From the NCBI GenBank assembly GCA_035947855.1, contig DASZJR010000147.1:1-46868 (forward strand): a stretch of DNA of 46,868 bases, written 5' to 3'. Positions 34,502 through 43,316 of this stretch are shown piece by piece. Source of the DNA: Candidatus Dormiibacterota bacterium (GTDB lineage Bacteria > Chloroflexota > Dormibacteria > CF-121). Within the stretch, counting starts at the first letter, position 1. The number at the start of each line of letters is the position of its first letter. The notes below the pieces were generated by a model. The model saw nothing but the letters and a program-made list of their open reading frames with translations, did no database searches and was not told the origin of the DNA. The position numbers and the translations under genes are program-made.

Positions 34502-35464
34502 CTATTTGTTGCGCGCTGCCATTTTCGTGCCTATGCCGCTGATCTTCTTGCGCAGGTCCGCGGGCGCCAGGACCTCGACCGCGTCGCCCCATCCCAGGAT
34601 CCACGGGGTGATCTCGACGGTGCCAGTCACGGTGACTGTCATGTTGACCGAACCCTTCGGCCCATCGCTGAGCGCCTGCGATGGATGCCAGATGGATTCC
34701 TTCACCCGTGCCGCCGCCGGCGGATAGAAGCGCATGCGCACCGCGACCGGCTCGCCGGAGTGGAAGATTCCCCAGGCGCCCGCCAGGTATTTGTTGACAT
34801 CGAACTCCTCCGGGATCTGATAGGTCTCCGGCATTTGCTCGGCCCGCGTGATGCGTTCCAGCTTGAATGTCCGCATCTCCTTCAATCCGCGATCGCGCGC
34901 CACTACGTAGCTGCTGTGACCGATCAGGGAGGGCTCCAGGAAATAGGGCTCGATCACGCGGGGCTTGACCTCGTGATTCGCCGTCGGGTACCAGATGCGG
35001 ACTGCCCTGTGCCCCGCCCAGCTGAGCGCGACCGTCTGGAGTACCCGCGAGTAGATGGGATTCGACGGACGATCGGCCATCTGACGAACCGTGGCGTGAA
35101 CATACTCTGCGACGGGGGCCGGTAACACGGCTGCCAGCTTGGTGAAGGCGTCGGCCACGTCGGGATCGGCCTGGTCGCGATGGCGGTGCATCAAGCGAAC
35201 ACCCATCAACAGCGCCATCGCCTCGCGCAGGGTGAACTTCACGGGAGCCACGAAGTAGTTCGGGTCGATCGCGAACCGCCCGCTGTCCTCGTAGACGGGC
35301 ACGTTCATCGCTTCGAGCGCCTTGATGTCGCGATAGGTGGTCCGCGGGTTCACGCCGGTGCGGCGCGCGATCTCGCCTGTCGCCAAACCGTGGGGATTGC
35401 CCTGGAGCAGCGTCTGGATCTTCAAGATCCGCGCCCCACGATCCCCCTTCTCGAACGAGCCCAC
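34502..35464 (-). CDS. WYL-domain transcriptional regulator (HTH - WYL - WCX architecture, PafBC-like)
   Basis: RILKIQTLLQGNPHGLATGEIARRTGVNPRTTYRDIKALEAMNVPV (HTH_11-like). VRIWYPT...RVIEPYFLE...YVVARDRGLKEMRTFKLERI (WYL). Track ORF trimmed to GTG 35464 because the upstream codons have low GC3. Confidence 0.85.
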   Translation of the reverse strand: MGSFEKGDRGARILKIQTLLQGNPHGLATGEIARRTGVNPRTTYRDIKALEAMNVPVYEDSGRFAIDPNYFVAPVKFTLREAMALLMGVRLMHRHRDQADPDVADAFTKLAAVLPAPVAEYVHATVRQMADRPSNPIYSRVLQTVALSWAGHRAVRIWYPTANHEVKPRVIEPYFLEPSLIGHSSYVVARDRGLKEMRTFKLERITRAEQMPETYQIPEEFDVNKYLAGAWGIFHSGEPVAVRMRFYPPAAARVKESIWHPSQALSDGPKGSVNMTVTVTGTVEITPWILGWGDAVEVLAPADLRKKISGIGTKMAARNK

Positions 35465-35532
35465 TTCGCCGTCCAGTCTAGGCCCAGTTATCGCCACGCC
35501 GGTTGCTTGCGAAACAAATTCAGCCCAACCTT

Positions 35533-35538
35533 TATAAT
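35533..35538 (+). promoter_or_regulatory. perfect TATAAT -10 hexamer in the WYL/sbcD-like divergent spacer
   Basis: cctTTATAATggg, 65 nt upstream of the GTG at 35604. No convincing -35 at 17 nt (TTGCGA at 20 nt). Confidence 0.35.
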
Positions 35539-35603
35539 GGGCACGCTTTCGCGCCCGCTTATGCCATCGCGCCAGGCACAATTCGCGTGGTTACGGGGGA
35601 TTT

Positions 35604-36698
35604 GTGGCCCTTCGCCTGCTCCATTTCGCTGACCTGCATCTCGACCGGTCCTTCGCGAGTGAGCGCCTCTACGGCGTCGGGGCGCAACGACGCCGCGAGG
35701 ATCTTCGCGCCGCCCTCCAACGGATCATCGAGCGGGCCAAAGCGGCCCAGGCCGACCTGATCACCTGCGGTGGCGATCTCTTCGAGCACGATCACGTGAC
35801 CCGCGAAACGGCAAGCTTCGTCGTGCAAACCCTGGGTGATGCCCGCTTGCCGGTCCTGATCGCGCCCGGCCACGCGGATCCGGCATTGCCGAGCTCACCC
35901 TACCGGTACCTGCGCTGGCCGGAAAATGTCACGGTGGCGGCCCATGAGGATCTTCGACCCTACCGCTATGGGGACGTCAACATCTGGGCCGCCGGCTTCA
36001 TGCGCCCCGACGTGGCAGAGGCCGCTTTGCGTGATTTCCCACGGCGCGAGGCCGGCACGCATCTGCTGCTGCTGCACGCGTCAGATATGAGCGCGGTGCC
36101 AGAGGGCGTGACGCCCTATAAACCCATCCTGCCCGCCCAGGTCGAGGAGGCCGGCTTTCGTCACGCCCTCCTTGGCCATTATCACGACGGCACAACCGCC
36201 GAGTCGATCACCTATCCCGGCAGCCCGGAGCCTCTCGGCTGGAACGAATCCGGCCGTCACTGCACCGCGCTGCTGACGGTCGACGATAACGGCGACCTGC
36301 AGGTGTTGCTGGAAGATATCAACCTACGGCAGTTCGCCCAGGAGACGATCGACGTCACCGGGATGACCGGCCTCGAGCAGGTCCGCGACGCGGTGATGGC
36401 GATGCGGGAGGAGAGGCAGCTCAATGGCGGCGTCATCCGCGCCACGCTGGTCGGTGAACGCGACCACCGGCTGACCCTGGATCCGCAGACGCTGGCAACC
36501 GAGTGCAGCGATGGCTTCGCCTATCTCGAGTTCCGTGACCACTCGCGGATGTCGCACGACCTCGAGGCCGCCGCCCAGGAGTTCACCAGCCGGGGCGAGA
36601 TGGTGCGCAAGCTGGTTGACCACAAGCAGGGGTCTCGCCAGGAGGAAGAGGCGGTGGGCCGCGCCTTGCAGCTCGCACTCGACGCCTTCGACGAATGA
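35604..36698 (+). CDS. Mre11/SbcD-like metallophosphoesterase (YhaO-like DNA repair exonuclease)
   Basis: LRLLHFADLHLD, CGGDLFEH, LLLHAS and LLGHYH calcineurin-like phosphoesterase motifs. GTG start. Confidence 0.85.
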   Translation: MALRLLHFADLHLDRSFASERLYGVGAQRRREDLRAALQRIIERAKAAQADLITCGGDLFEHDHVTRETASFVVQTLGDARLPVLIAPGHADPALPSSPYRYLRWPENVTVAAHEDLRPYRYGDVNIWAAGFMRPDVAEAALRDFPRREAGTHLLLLHASDMSAVPEGVTPYKPILPAQVEEAGFRHALLGHYHDGTTAESITYPGSPEPLGWNESGRHCTALLTVDDNGDLQVLLEDINLRQFAQETIDVTGMTGLEQVRDAVMAMREERQLNGGVIRATLVGERDHRLTLDPQTLATECSDGFAYLEFRDHSRMSHDLEAAAQEFTSRGEMVRKLVDHKQGSRQEEEAVGRALQLALDAFDE

Positions 36699-36714
36699 CG
36701 CCGATGAGTCCGCC

Positions 36715-39700
36715 GTGCAGTTAACCCGAATCGAGATCGAGGGCTTCGGCAGCCTTCAGGGGATGGATCTACGTTTCGGTCCCACGATGAACGTGGTCGT
36801 CGGGCCAAATGAGGCTGGAAAATCCACCCTGCAGGAGGCGATCGTGACCGGCCTCTACGGGCTGCAGTCGGGCGATCGAGCGCGCTCAGCGCTGGTGGAG
36901 CGCGCCGACCGGTGGCGCCCCTGGCAAGGCGGCAACTTCGGGCTGGCGCTGGAGGTCGTCCTGGAGGATGGGACTCAGCTGCGCATCGAGCGCGACCTCG
37001 ACGCCGAGACGGTTCGCGTCTTCGACATGAGCACGGGCGCGGAGCTGGGCGACCGCTTCGAGCGGGATGCCTCGGGCGGATTGCAGGTCGGACGCCAGTT
37101 GCTCGGCGTCAGCCGCGATATCTACACCAACACGGCGTGTATCTCGCGCAGCGAAGTGCTGCGCCTGGAAGACGCTGGCACGATCAAGGAGGCGATCGTC
37201 GCCCTCGCGGACTCGGCGCACCCCGACCGGACGGCGCAGAAAGTGCTCGATCGCCTCCGCCAGGAGCGGACCCATCGGATCGGCAAGCCGCGCGGGCGCA
37301 CCGGCCCACTGCACGATCTCGAGGCTCGCCTGACCGAGCTGGAGCGACAGCTTGCGGCCGCCCGCCAGGCACGAGCCGCCGTCGACGAGCTGGCGCAGAA
37401 GCGAGAGACCGTTTCGGCACTGACCGAGGCCGAGCTGGGGATCGTCCAAACGCTCGAGGCGGCCCTGCTCGCCTCCCGCCTACAGGATGCGCGTCACCGG
37501 TTGGAGCGGGTCGACACGCTCGATCACGCGCTCGCCGAGGAACGCGCCCGTCAAGAGGAGCACACCCGTTTCGCGATGTTTCCCCTCGACCGCCAGGCGG
37601 AGGTGCAGGAACTGCGGAGCCACCTGCGCGCATCGAGGGAGACGCAGGCGGACTTCGAAGGCCGGGCGGCGGACACGAGTGCGCAGGTGCAGCAGCTCGA
37701 GGCGGAGCGCCAGAAGCTCGATGCCGAGGCCCAGGGCCACGAAACGCGAGCCCGCGGCATCGACGAGGCGGCGCTCGGCAACGAGCCCGCCGTCCGGGAG
37801 CTCCTTTCCACACTCAACGTCGCCGACACCCAGGCGCCCGAGGTCCACCTCCGGGCCCAGGCCGCGGCGGAGGAGGCTCGGCGGATCGCGGAGCGGCACC
37901 CGGGCCTGATCGGGAACAACCTCGACTGGCCCGCCCGTCAGATGGAATTCCAGCGCGTCTTCTCGGAATGGCACGAGCGCCACAACGTCGCGCTCGAGGC
38001 ACGCCGCCGGGCGGGCGCCGAGCTGCCGCCGCGCCTGGAGCAGCTCAAACACGACATCGCCCGCTACAAAGAAGTCCCCGACGTCATCAAGAACGGTCAG
38101 CAGGCCGAGGAATCGATGCGACGCGAGGAGGCGATGGCCGAGCGCGCCCGAAGCCGGCAGCGCACCTTCCTGGGGGCATTGCTGGGTGGGCTGCTGCTCA
38201 CCGCCATGGCCATTTTGGTTGCCTTCCTCGCCTTGCAAGGGGGCATGCCCCTTCCACTCAGCGGGGCGGCCTTCTTCCTCCTTGGCATGGGTGTCCTGTC
38301 CACCGGCATCGGCATCTGGGTGCGCGGCGCCGCCGTTCGCGAGGTCGATCGCCGGCTCCGCGCCAAGGACGAGGCGCGGGTCAAGCGTCGCGAGATCCTC
38401 CAGCCCTGGGGCGTCCGAAGCTCGGCGGAACTGCAGCAGGCCCTGGTCGAGCACTTGCAGAAGGTCCGCTACGACGCCACACGTCTCGAGCTCGACCGCC
38501 AGGCCACCGAGTTGGAGGAACGCGCGCAAGTGGCCGGGCGCAGCCTGCGCGAGCTGGTCGGATCGTGGGGACTTCCGCAGCCCGCGCCGACCGAGGAGGC
38601 CGTCGACGGGGTCGCCCGCGAGGTCGAATCACTGTCGCAGGACACGCTCGCCTGGAACGCTGCCAGCGAGCGATCGCAGGACGCATCCCGCGCGGAATCC
38701 GAAATGGATCAGCGGCGGGAGTCCCTGCGCCAGCGGCTGCACAGCCTGCTCGACCAGTTGGGGTTCGACCGACGCGAGGCGCTCGGTGCCGCCCGCGATT
38801 TCATTGCGAGTTGCGAGGCCGCACGCACGGCGCAACAGGTCCGCACCAGGATCGAGCAACTCGACGCCCAGCTGGAGCAACTTCGAGCGCCTGGCCAGCG
38901 ATCGGTCGCCGAGCGCGCCAAGGCCGACGATTACGCTCGTCAGCTGGCCGCCGTCTATGCGCCGGCCGGCATCGCCGAGACCGATATGGAGCGCGCGGCC
39001 CAGGCCTGGGACGCTGGAGTCGGCCACGCGGAGGCGTACCGCGCGTCGAGCGCGAGGCTCACCGAGTTGGAGGGCCAGCGGGGCACCGCGCCCAACGACG
39101 AAGGCGCATCGCTCCGCCAGCTGGTCGATGACCTGGCTCGTCAGATTAGCGAGGTCAGCCGGGGCGTCGACGCGGCTGCGGTGGCGGAGTTCGCCGCGCT
39201 GCCGCTGGCCGAGCTCGAACGGCAGCGCGACCAGCACCGTAGCAGCAAGGAGCGAGCCCAGGAAGAACGGGCACGGGCGGAGGAGCTCTTGAACGACCGG
39301 CTCACCCAGACCGGAGACGTCGCCTCGCTCGAAGAGGAGATCGCGACCGCCCGCGAGCAGCTCCAGGAACTGGAAGCCGAGGCCCATGCCTACGACCTCG
39401 CCATCGAAACGCTCGAAGCGGCGGCCAAGTCGGTCCGCAGGGCCGTCATCCCGCGGCTCAAGTCGCAACTCCAGGGCCAGCTCTCCCCGATCACGAACGG
39501 TCGCTACCGTGATGTCCGCATCGGCGACGACCTGGCGCTGCAGGTACGAACCCAGGATCAGCGCACCTATAAAGATGTCGACAACCTCAGTCTCGGCACC
39601 CGTTCGCTGATCTACCTGCTCGAACGGCTGGCGCTGGCGCGGATCATCGGGGGGAACGCAGAGCCCCCTCCCCTCCTCCTCGACGAGGCGCTGGTGCACG

Positions 39701-39924
39701 CCGATCGTCGCCGCCTGAGCGCCGCGATGAACGAATTGGGCCGGCTCGACCACCAGGTCATCCTCTTCTCGAAGGACGAGGCGATCGCCGAACGCGCCGA
39801 GAAGGGTGACGACTGGACCATCATCCGGCTCCCCGGCCCGGCCCTCGTCGCGGCGTCCGCCGAGGAGGCGCGGGCCAACGGGTCAGCCAACCCGGACCAG
39901 GTCGAAGAAGAAGTCACCACTTAA
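36715..39924 (+). CDS. Rad50/SbcC-like AAA ATPase (YhaN-like) with a central two-helix membrane hairpin
   Basis: Track ORF 36511..39924 trimmed to GTG 36715 (VQLTRIEIEGFGSL). Walker A GPNEAGKST, signature LSLGTRS, Walker B LLLDEALVHAD. Long heptad-rich arms. Hydrophobic helices are encoded at ~38164-38325. Confidence 0.88.
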   Translation: MQLTRIEIEGFGSLQGMDLRFGPTMNVVVGPNEAGKSTLQEAIVTGLYGLQSGDRARSALVERADRWRPWQGGNFGLALEVVLEDGTQLRIERDLDAETVRVFDMSTGAELGDRFERDASGGLQVGRQLLGVSRDIYTNTACISRSEVLRLEDAGTIKEAIVALADSAHPDRTAQKVLDRLRQERTHRIGKPRGRTGPLHDLEARLTELERQLAAARQARAAVDELAQKRETVSALTEAELGIVQTLEAALLASRLQDARHRLERVDTLDHALAEERARQEEHTRFAMFPLDRQAEVQELRSHLRASRETQADFEGRAADTSAQVQQLEAERQKLDAEAQGHETRARGIDEAALGNEPAVRELLSTLNVADTQAPEVHLRAQAAAEEARRIAERHPGLIGNNLDWPARQMEFQRVFSEWHERHNVALEARRRAGAELPPRLEQLKHDIARYKEVPDVIKNGQQAEESMRREEAMAERARSRQRTFLGALLGGLLLTAMAILVAFLALQGGMPLPLSGAAFFLLGMGVLSTGIGIWVRGAAVREVDRRLRAKDEARVKRREILQPWGVRSSAELQQALVEHLQKVRYDATRLELDRQATELEERAQVAGRSLRELVGSWGLPQPAPTEEAVDGVAREVESLSQDTLAWNAASERSQDASRAESEMDQRRESLRQRLHSLLDQLGFDRREALGAARDFIASCEAARTAQQVRTRIEQLDAQLEQLRAPGQRSVAERAKADDYARQLAAVYAPAGIAETDMERAAQAWDAGVGHAEAYRASSARLTELEGQRGTAPNDEGASLRQLVDDLARQISEVSRGVDAAAVAEFAALPLAELERQRDQHRSSKERAQEERARAEELLNDRLTQTGDVASLEEEIATAREQLQELEAEAHAYDLAIETLEAAAKSVRRAVIPRLKSQLQGQLSPITNGRYRDVRIGDDLALQVRTQDQRTYKDVDNLSLGTRSLIYLLERLALARIIGGNAEPPPLLLDEALVHADRRRLSAAMNELGRLDHQVILFSKDEAIAERAEKGDDWTIIRLPGPALVAASAEEARANGSANPDQVEEEVTT

Positions 39925-39957
39925 CCCGGTGGCATCGCCGTCCGGGGGGCCGCGCTG

Positions 39958-39977
39958 CGACAGACAGCTGTCAAACC
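39958..39977. promoter_or_regulatory. palindrome-containing motif, copy 2 (GACAGCTGTC core), 19 nt upstream of the ATG at 39997
   Basis: cgacagacagctgtcaaacc. 18 nt are identical to the reverse complement of 31880-31900. Confidence 0.6.
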
Positions 39978-39996
39978 GGGGGGTTAGGCTCCCGTC

Positions 39997-40335
39997 ATGG
40001 GCAATGTCATTCCGTGGTCACAGATCCATCCGAGCATTACAAGTGAAGAGCCCTTTGTCGCGGTCGTCGTCATCGATCCCCAGCGCCAGATTTGCGTCAG
40101 CGAGATGGTCGCGTTCGAGCCAGAAGCGCTCAACAGCGCGGACGTCGCGGCCGCGGAGCTGATCGCGGCCGCCCAGGCGGCCGCGACGAAAGTCGCCAGC
40201 GGCTACCGGGTACGCCGCACGCAAGCCGCCCCCTCCGTGAAGGATTCAAGCGCCCCCACGCCGACCCTCCCCCGCCAGCGGGGGAGGGAAAATCCGCACG
40301 CAGGCCTGCGGGTGCTGAAAGGCGGGAAAAGCTAG
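39997..40335 (+). CDS. hypothetical protein (C-terminus runs through REP copy B)
   Basis: 112-aa ORF with high GC3 in the central part. No recognisable family and a weak SD. The last ~27 codons are repeat-derived. Confidence 0.4.
   Translation: MGNVIPWSQIHPSITSEEPFVAVVVIDPQRQICVSEMVAFEPEALNSADVAAAELIAAAQAAATKVASGYRVRRTQAAPSVKDSSAPTPTLPRQRGRENPHAGLRVLKGGKS
40253..40295 (+). repeat. REP-like hairpin element, copy B (perfect 11-bp stem)
   Basis: cccccacgccgaccctcccccgccagcgggggagggaaaatcc. Stem ccctcccccgc / gcgggggaggg, 2-nt loop. Confidence 0.7.
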
Positions 40336-40919
40336 ACGCGCAGCCGCTCTTCGAGACGGGACTTCACCTGCGGCCACTCACTCTCGATCACTGAGAAGAT
40401 GACCGTATCGCGATAGCTGCCGTCCAGACGGATGCGCTGGTTGCGAAGCGTTCCCTCGTAGCGGGCCCCCAGCTTCTTGATGGCCGCCTGAGAGTGCAGG
40501 TTCTTGATGTCCGTCTTGAGCGCGACCCGGACGGCGCGCCAGTCGTCGAAGGCGTGGCGCATCAACAGGTACTTGGCCTCGGGGTTGACGACGCCGCCCC
40601 ACACGTCCGGCGTGTACCAGGTCCAGCCGATCTCGACATTGCGATCGGCTTCCTGCACGTCCAGGTAGCGGGTGCTGCCGATGACCCGGTTATCCTCGCG
40701 GCGGACGACAACAAAGGGATACTCGCGGCCCTGCGACTCGGCCTCCATCGCCTTCTCGAGCACGCGTTCCATCTGTTCGAGGTTCACCGGCCGGGCCGGC
40801 ATCCAGCTCCAGATCGCTTCATCGCGTCCGGCCGTAAGTAGGGCTCGCGCGTGCGAAGGACGCATCGGCTCGAGCCGGATATGCACCCCGGTCAGCGTGA
40901 TCGGTCCCAGCGGCGCCAA
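40332..40919 (-). CDS. GNAT-family N-acetyltransferase (RimJ/RimL-like)
   Basis: 3' part of track ORF 40332..41615. IGSTRYLDVQEADRNVEIGWTWYTPDVWGGVVNPEAKYLLMRHAF...VALKTDIKNLHSQAAIKKLGARYEGTLRN. Proposed TTG start at 40919 (next ATG at 40865). Confidence 0.8.
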   Translation of the reverse strand: MAPLGPITLTGVHIRLEPMRPSHARALLTAGRDEAIWSWMPARPVNLEQMERVLEKAMEAESQGREYPFVVVRREDNRVIGSTRYLDVQEADRNVEIGWTWYTPDVWGGVVNPEAKYLLMRHAFDDWRAVRVALKTDIKNLHSQAAIKKLGARYEGTLRNQRIRLDGSYRDTVIFSVIESEWPQVKSRLEERLRV

Positions 40920-40924
40920 GTGTC

Positions 40925-41350
40925 TTAGAAGGGCTGCGCGACCATGAGGAAGACGACCACGATCAGCAGCAACCAGGCGACGAGCTGGATCGTCATCGCC
41001 GCCCCGGCTAGGGAGCTCGATCCCTCCGCCATCGCGCCGCGCGCGCGCCGCAAGTTGGGAGCCAGGAAGGCGCCGTCGAGCCCGGCCGCCGCCACATAAA
41101 GAAGGAAGCCGAGTAGGAGCCAACCGGTGAAGAGCTTGAAATGTCCAACCCAGAGCAGCAGGCCGGTGATGAGCACCAGCGCCGATCCCGTGTAGACGAG
41201 AGCCAGTTGCACCCGCCAGCCGAATTGGTAGAGCGCGTGTTGCGCGGCGTCGGCCGCCCGGGCCGCCATCGGCCGGAGTAACGCGTGCGTGCTGACGCCC
41301 CCCAGCAGGAAGATCGCGCCGAGCACGTGAAGCGTTTTCAGGACCGGCAC
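40925..41350 (-). CDS. DUF2269-like integral membrane protein
   Basis: 141 aa with four hydrophobic helices (MPVLKTLHVLGAIFLLGG...). The family call is from memory. Confidence 0.65.
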   Translation of the reverse strand: MPVLKTLHVLGAIFLLGGVSTHALLRPMAARAADAAQHALYQFGWRVQLALVYTGSALVLITGLLLWVGHFKLFTGWLLLGFLLYVAAAGLDGAFLAPNLRRARGAMAEGSSSLAGAAMTIQLVAWLLLIVVVFLMVAQPF

Positions 41351-41385
41351 CTGAGCAGCATACGTTACGGCTCCGCCGGTCCCCG

Positions 41386-41700
41386 TTGTACAGTTGCTCC
41401 GTGCCAGACGAGCCGCGCGGGCAGGCCGAGGTCCTCATCCCGCACGGATGGCTCCTTCCCAACCTCAGCCTCGATGCCGTGCGCTCGCTGCAGCGAGGCG
41501 ATACAACGTCCGATTTGGACAAGGGCGACCTTCGCCTCGCCGGCGTCGAAGTGCTGGTGGCGCGTAACTGGGTGAAGGAAGAATTCTGGCCGCGCATCCA
41601 GGATGCCGTGCACAAAGGCTACGCCGCGGAGAAGACCTACACCTTCATGCGCGCCCATGCGGATCGCCGGGGAAGCCGCCGGCCCAAGAAGTCGTCCTAG
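41386..41700 (+). CDS. hypothetical protein
   Basis: The plus-strand frame has high GC3 (…LAGVEVLVARNWVKEEFWPRIQDAVHKGYAAEKTYTFMRAH…). The opposing track ORF 41365..41658 is judged a shadow ORF. Start uncertain (TTG 41386 or GTG 41401). Confidence 0.5.
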   Translation: MYSCSVPDEPRGQAEVLIPHGWLLPNLSLDAVRSLQRGDTTSDLDKGDLRLAGVEVLVARNWVKEEFWPRIQDAVHKGYAAEKTYTFMRAHADRRGSRRPKKSS

Positions 41701-41708
41701 CCGGCGCC

Positions 41709-43295
41709 GTGGGGGCCTGGGAAGCGAGCGAGCGGCGAGTGATCGAAGGCTTTTTCCATTTTTCGCCGACTCACGCTCGCTACGTTGGCGATCACCGGTT
41801 CGACGGTGTGGTCGGCGATCTCTCCAAGACGGCGATTGGCGCCCGGGTCGCGGAGATCGATCAACAGCTCGCCACCATCGGGGAGGTGCAGGGACTCACC
41901 CCGGATCAATCGATCGATCGTCGGGCGCTGGTCGCGCAGTTGCAAGCGGCACGTTTCGAACTCACCGAGTTACGGCTGCCATTTCGGGATCCAATGTTCT
42001 ACGCCGGCCCCAGCGAGCTGGACATCAGTTTCTACTTGAAGCGGCCCTACGCCTCGCTCGGCGACCGGCTGTCGGCCCTCCGCCGCCACCTCCTCGGCTA
42101 CGGCGGCTTCCTGGAGGCGGCGCGCGACAACCTCGAGACGCCGCTTCCCAGGCCAAACCTCGAGATTGCCATCGAGGCGATCGACGGGCAGGTCGACTAC
42201 CTGGAGGGGGAGGTGCGCACCGCCGCGCGCGATGACGCGCAAACGCTGCAGGCTATCGAGATCGCAGCCCACCAGACCAGGGATTTCGGGGCACTGCTGA
42301 AGGCGAGGCGCGCCACCGCGGACGACGGCTTCGCCCTTGGTGAGGACCGCTTCCTGCGACTGCTGGGATTGCGCGAGCTCGTGCAGTTCGATGTTGCGGC
42401 GCTCGAGCGCATGGTGCACGCCGACATCGAACGAAATCGAGCGGCGGCCGAGGCCGCGGCCGAACAGATCGCACCTGGCGCAGGCGTTCCCGCCGCGGTG
42501 GCGCGGCTGGAGGATCACCATCCATCGGCGAGCTCCATCATCGATGACGTCACGGCCATGCTCGACCGTCTCCGCGCCTTCATCGTGGAGCGCGACGTCG
42601 TGTCCCTCCCCGGCAACGGCCGCTGCCTGGTGCAACCGACGCCGTCGTATGCCGCCTACATCAGCGCCGCGCTGGATAGCGCCGGACCGCTGGAAACCGT
42701 GGCCACCGACAGCCACTACTGGGTCACGGTCCCCGGCGCGGACTGGGATGATGCCAAGAGCGAAGAGTGGCTGCGCTACATGAACTACGCGACGCTGGAG
42801 GGTACCTCGATTCACGAGGCCTATCCCGGGCATTACGTCCAGGGCCTGTTCGAACGGCACGCGGCGTCGCCGACGCGCCAACTGTTCTGGACGTACACCA
42901 CCGGCGAAGGCTTTGCCCACTATGTCGAAGAGATGATGCTGGAGATCGGCTATTCGAACGATCCCAAGCAGGAATTGGCGCAACGTCTCGAGGCGCTGCT
43001 GCGCGATTGCCGATTCCTCGTCGCCGTCGGCCTGCATTGCCAGGGGATGGCGATGCCAGATGCCATTCGCGTGTTCGAATCAGTCGGATTCATGACCGAG
43101 CTGCCCGCCACTCGGGAAGCAACGCGCGGCGCCTGGGACCCGATGTATCTCAACTACACGTTGGGTAAGCTCCTCATCCTCGAGCTCAGGCGCGACATGC
43201 AACGCCGGCCGGGCTACACGCTCAAGACCTTCCACGACGCCTTCCTCGGCTGCGGGTCCATGCCCATCCCCTTGATCCGCGAGCTGATCAGCTAG
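41709..43295 (+). CDS. DUF885-family protein (putative metallopeptidase-like)
   Basis: SIHEAYPGHYVQ and GEGFAHYVEEMM motifs characteristic of DUF885. GTG start. Confidence 0.8.
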   Translation: MGAWEASERRVIEGFFHFSPTHARYVGDHRFDGVVGDLSKTAIGARVAEIDQQLATIGEVQGLTPDQSIDRRALVAQLQAARFELTELRLPFRDPMFYAGPSELDISFYLKRPYASLGDRLSALRRHLLGYGGFLEAARDNLETPLPRPNLEIAIEAIDGQVDYLEGEVRTAARDDAQTLQAIEIAAHQTRDFGALLKARRATADDGFALGEDRFLRLLGLRELVQFDVAALERMVHADIERNRAAAEAAAEQIAPGAGVPAAVARLEDHHPSASSIIDDVTAMLDRLRAFIVERDVVSLPGNGRCLVQPTPSYAAYISAALDSAGPLETVATDSHYWVTVPGADWDDAKSEEWLRYMNYATLEGTSIHEAYPGHYVQGLFERHAASPTRQLFWTYTTGEGFAHYVEEMMLEIGYSNDPKQELAQRLEALLRDCRFLVAVGLHCQGMAMPDAIRVFESVGFMTELPATREATRGAWDPMYLNYTLGKLLILELRRDMQRRPGYTLKTFHDAFLGCGSMPIPLIRELIS

Positions 43296-43316
43296 CAGCT
43301 GCCGGTAATAGTCGCG

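Noticed and set aside
36912-39131. 739-aa plus-strand ORF (and minus ORFs 37480-38529, 38629-39753, 37184-37813) inside the SbcC-like gene
   Set aside because: These are Arg/Gly/Pro/Ala-rich translations with no motifs, typical alternative-frame or antisense shadow ORFs of a high-GC gene. The 36715-39924 frame carries the Walker A/B and signature motifs.
31880-39977. Composite transposon or IS-bounded island delimited by the 18-nt inverted repeats
   Set aside because: There is no transposase, integrase or recombinase gene inside or adjacent. No target-site duplication is visible next to the repeats (outer flanks caagcaggc / ggggggtta differ). No compositional shift is evident. I kept it only as an alternative hypothesis under the operator interpretation.
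41365-41658. 97-aa minus-strand ORF
   Set aside because: The overlapping plus-strand frame (41386-41700) has the G/C-rich third-position pattern of real genes here and sits in operon-like position before the DUF885 gene. The minus ORF is therefore taken as a shadow ORF.
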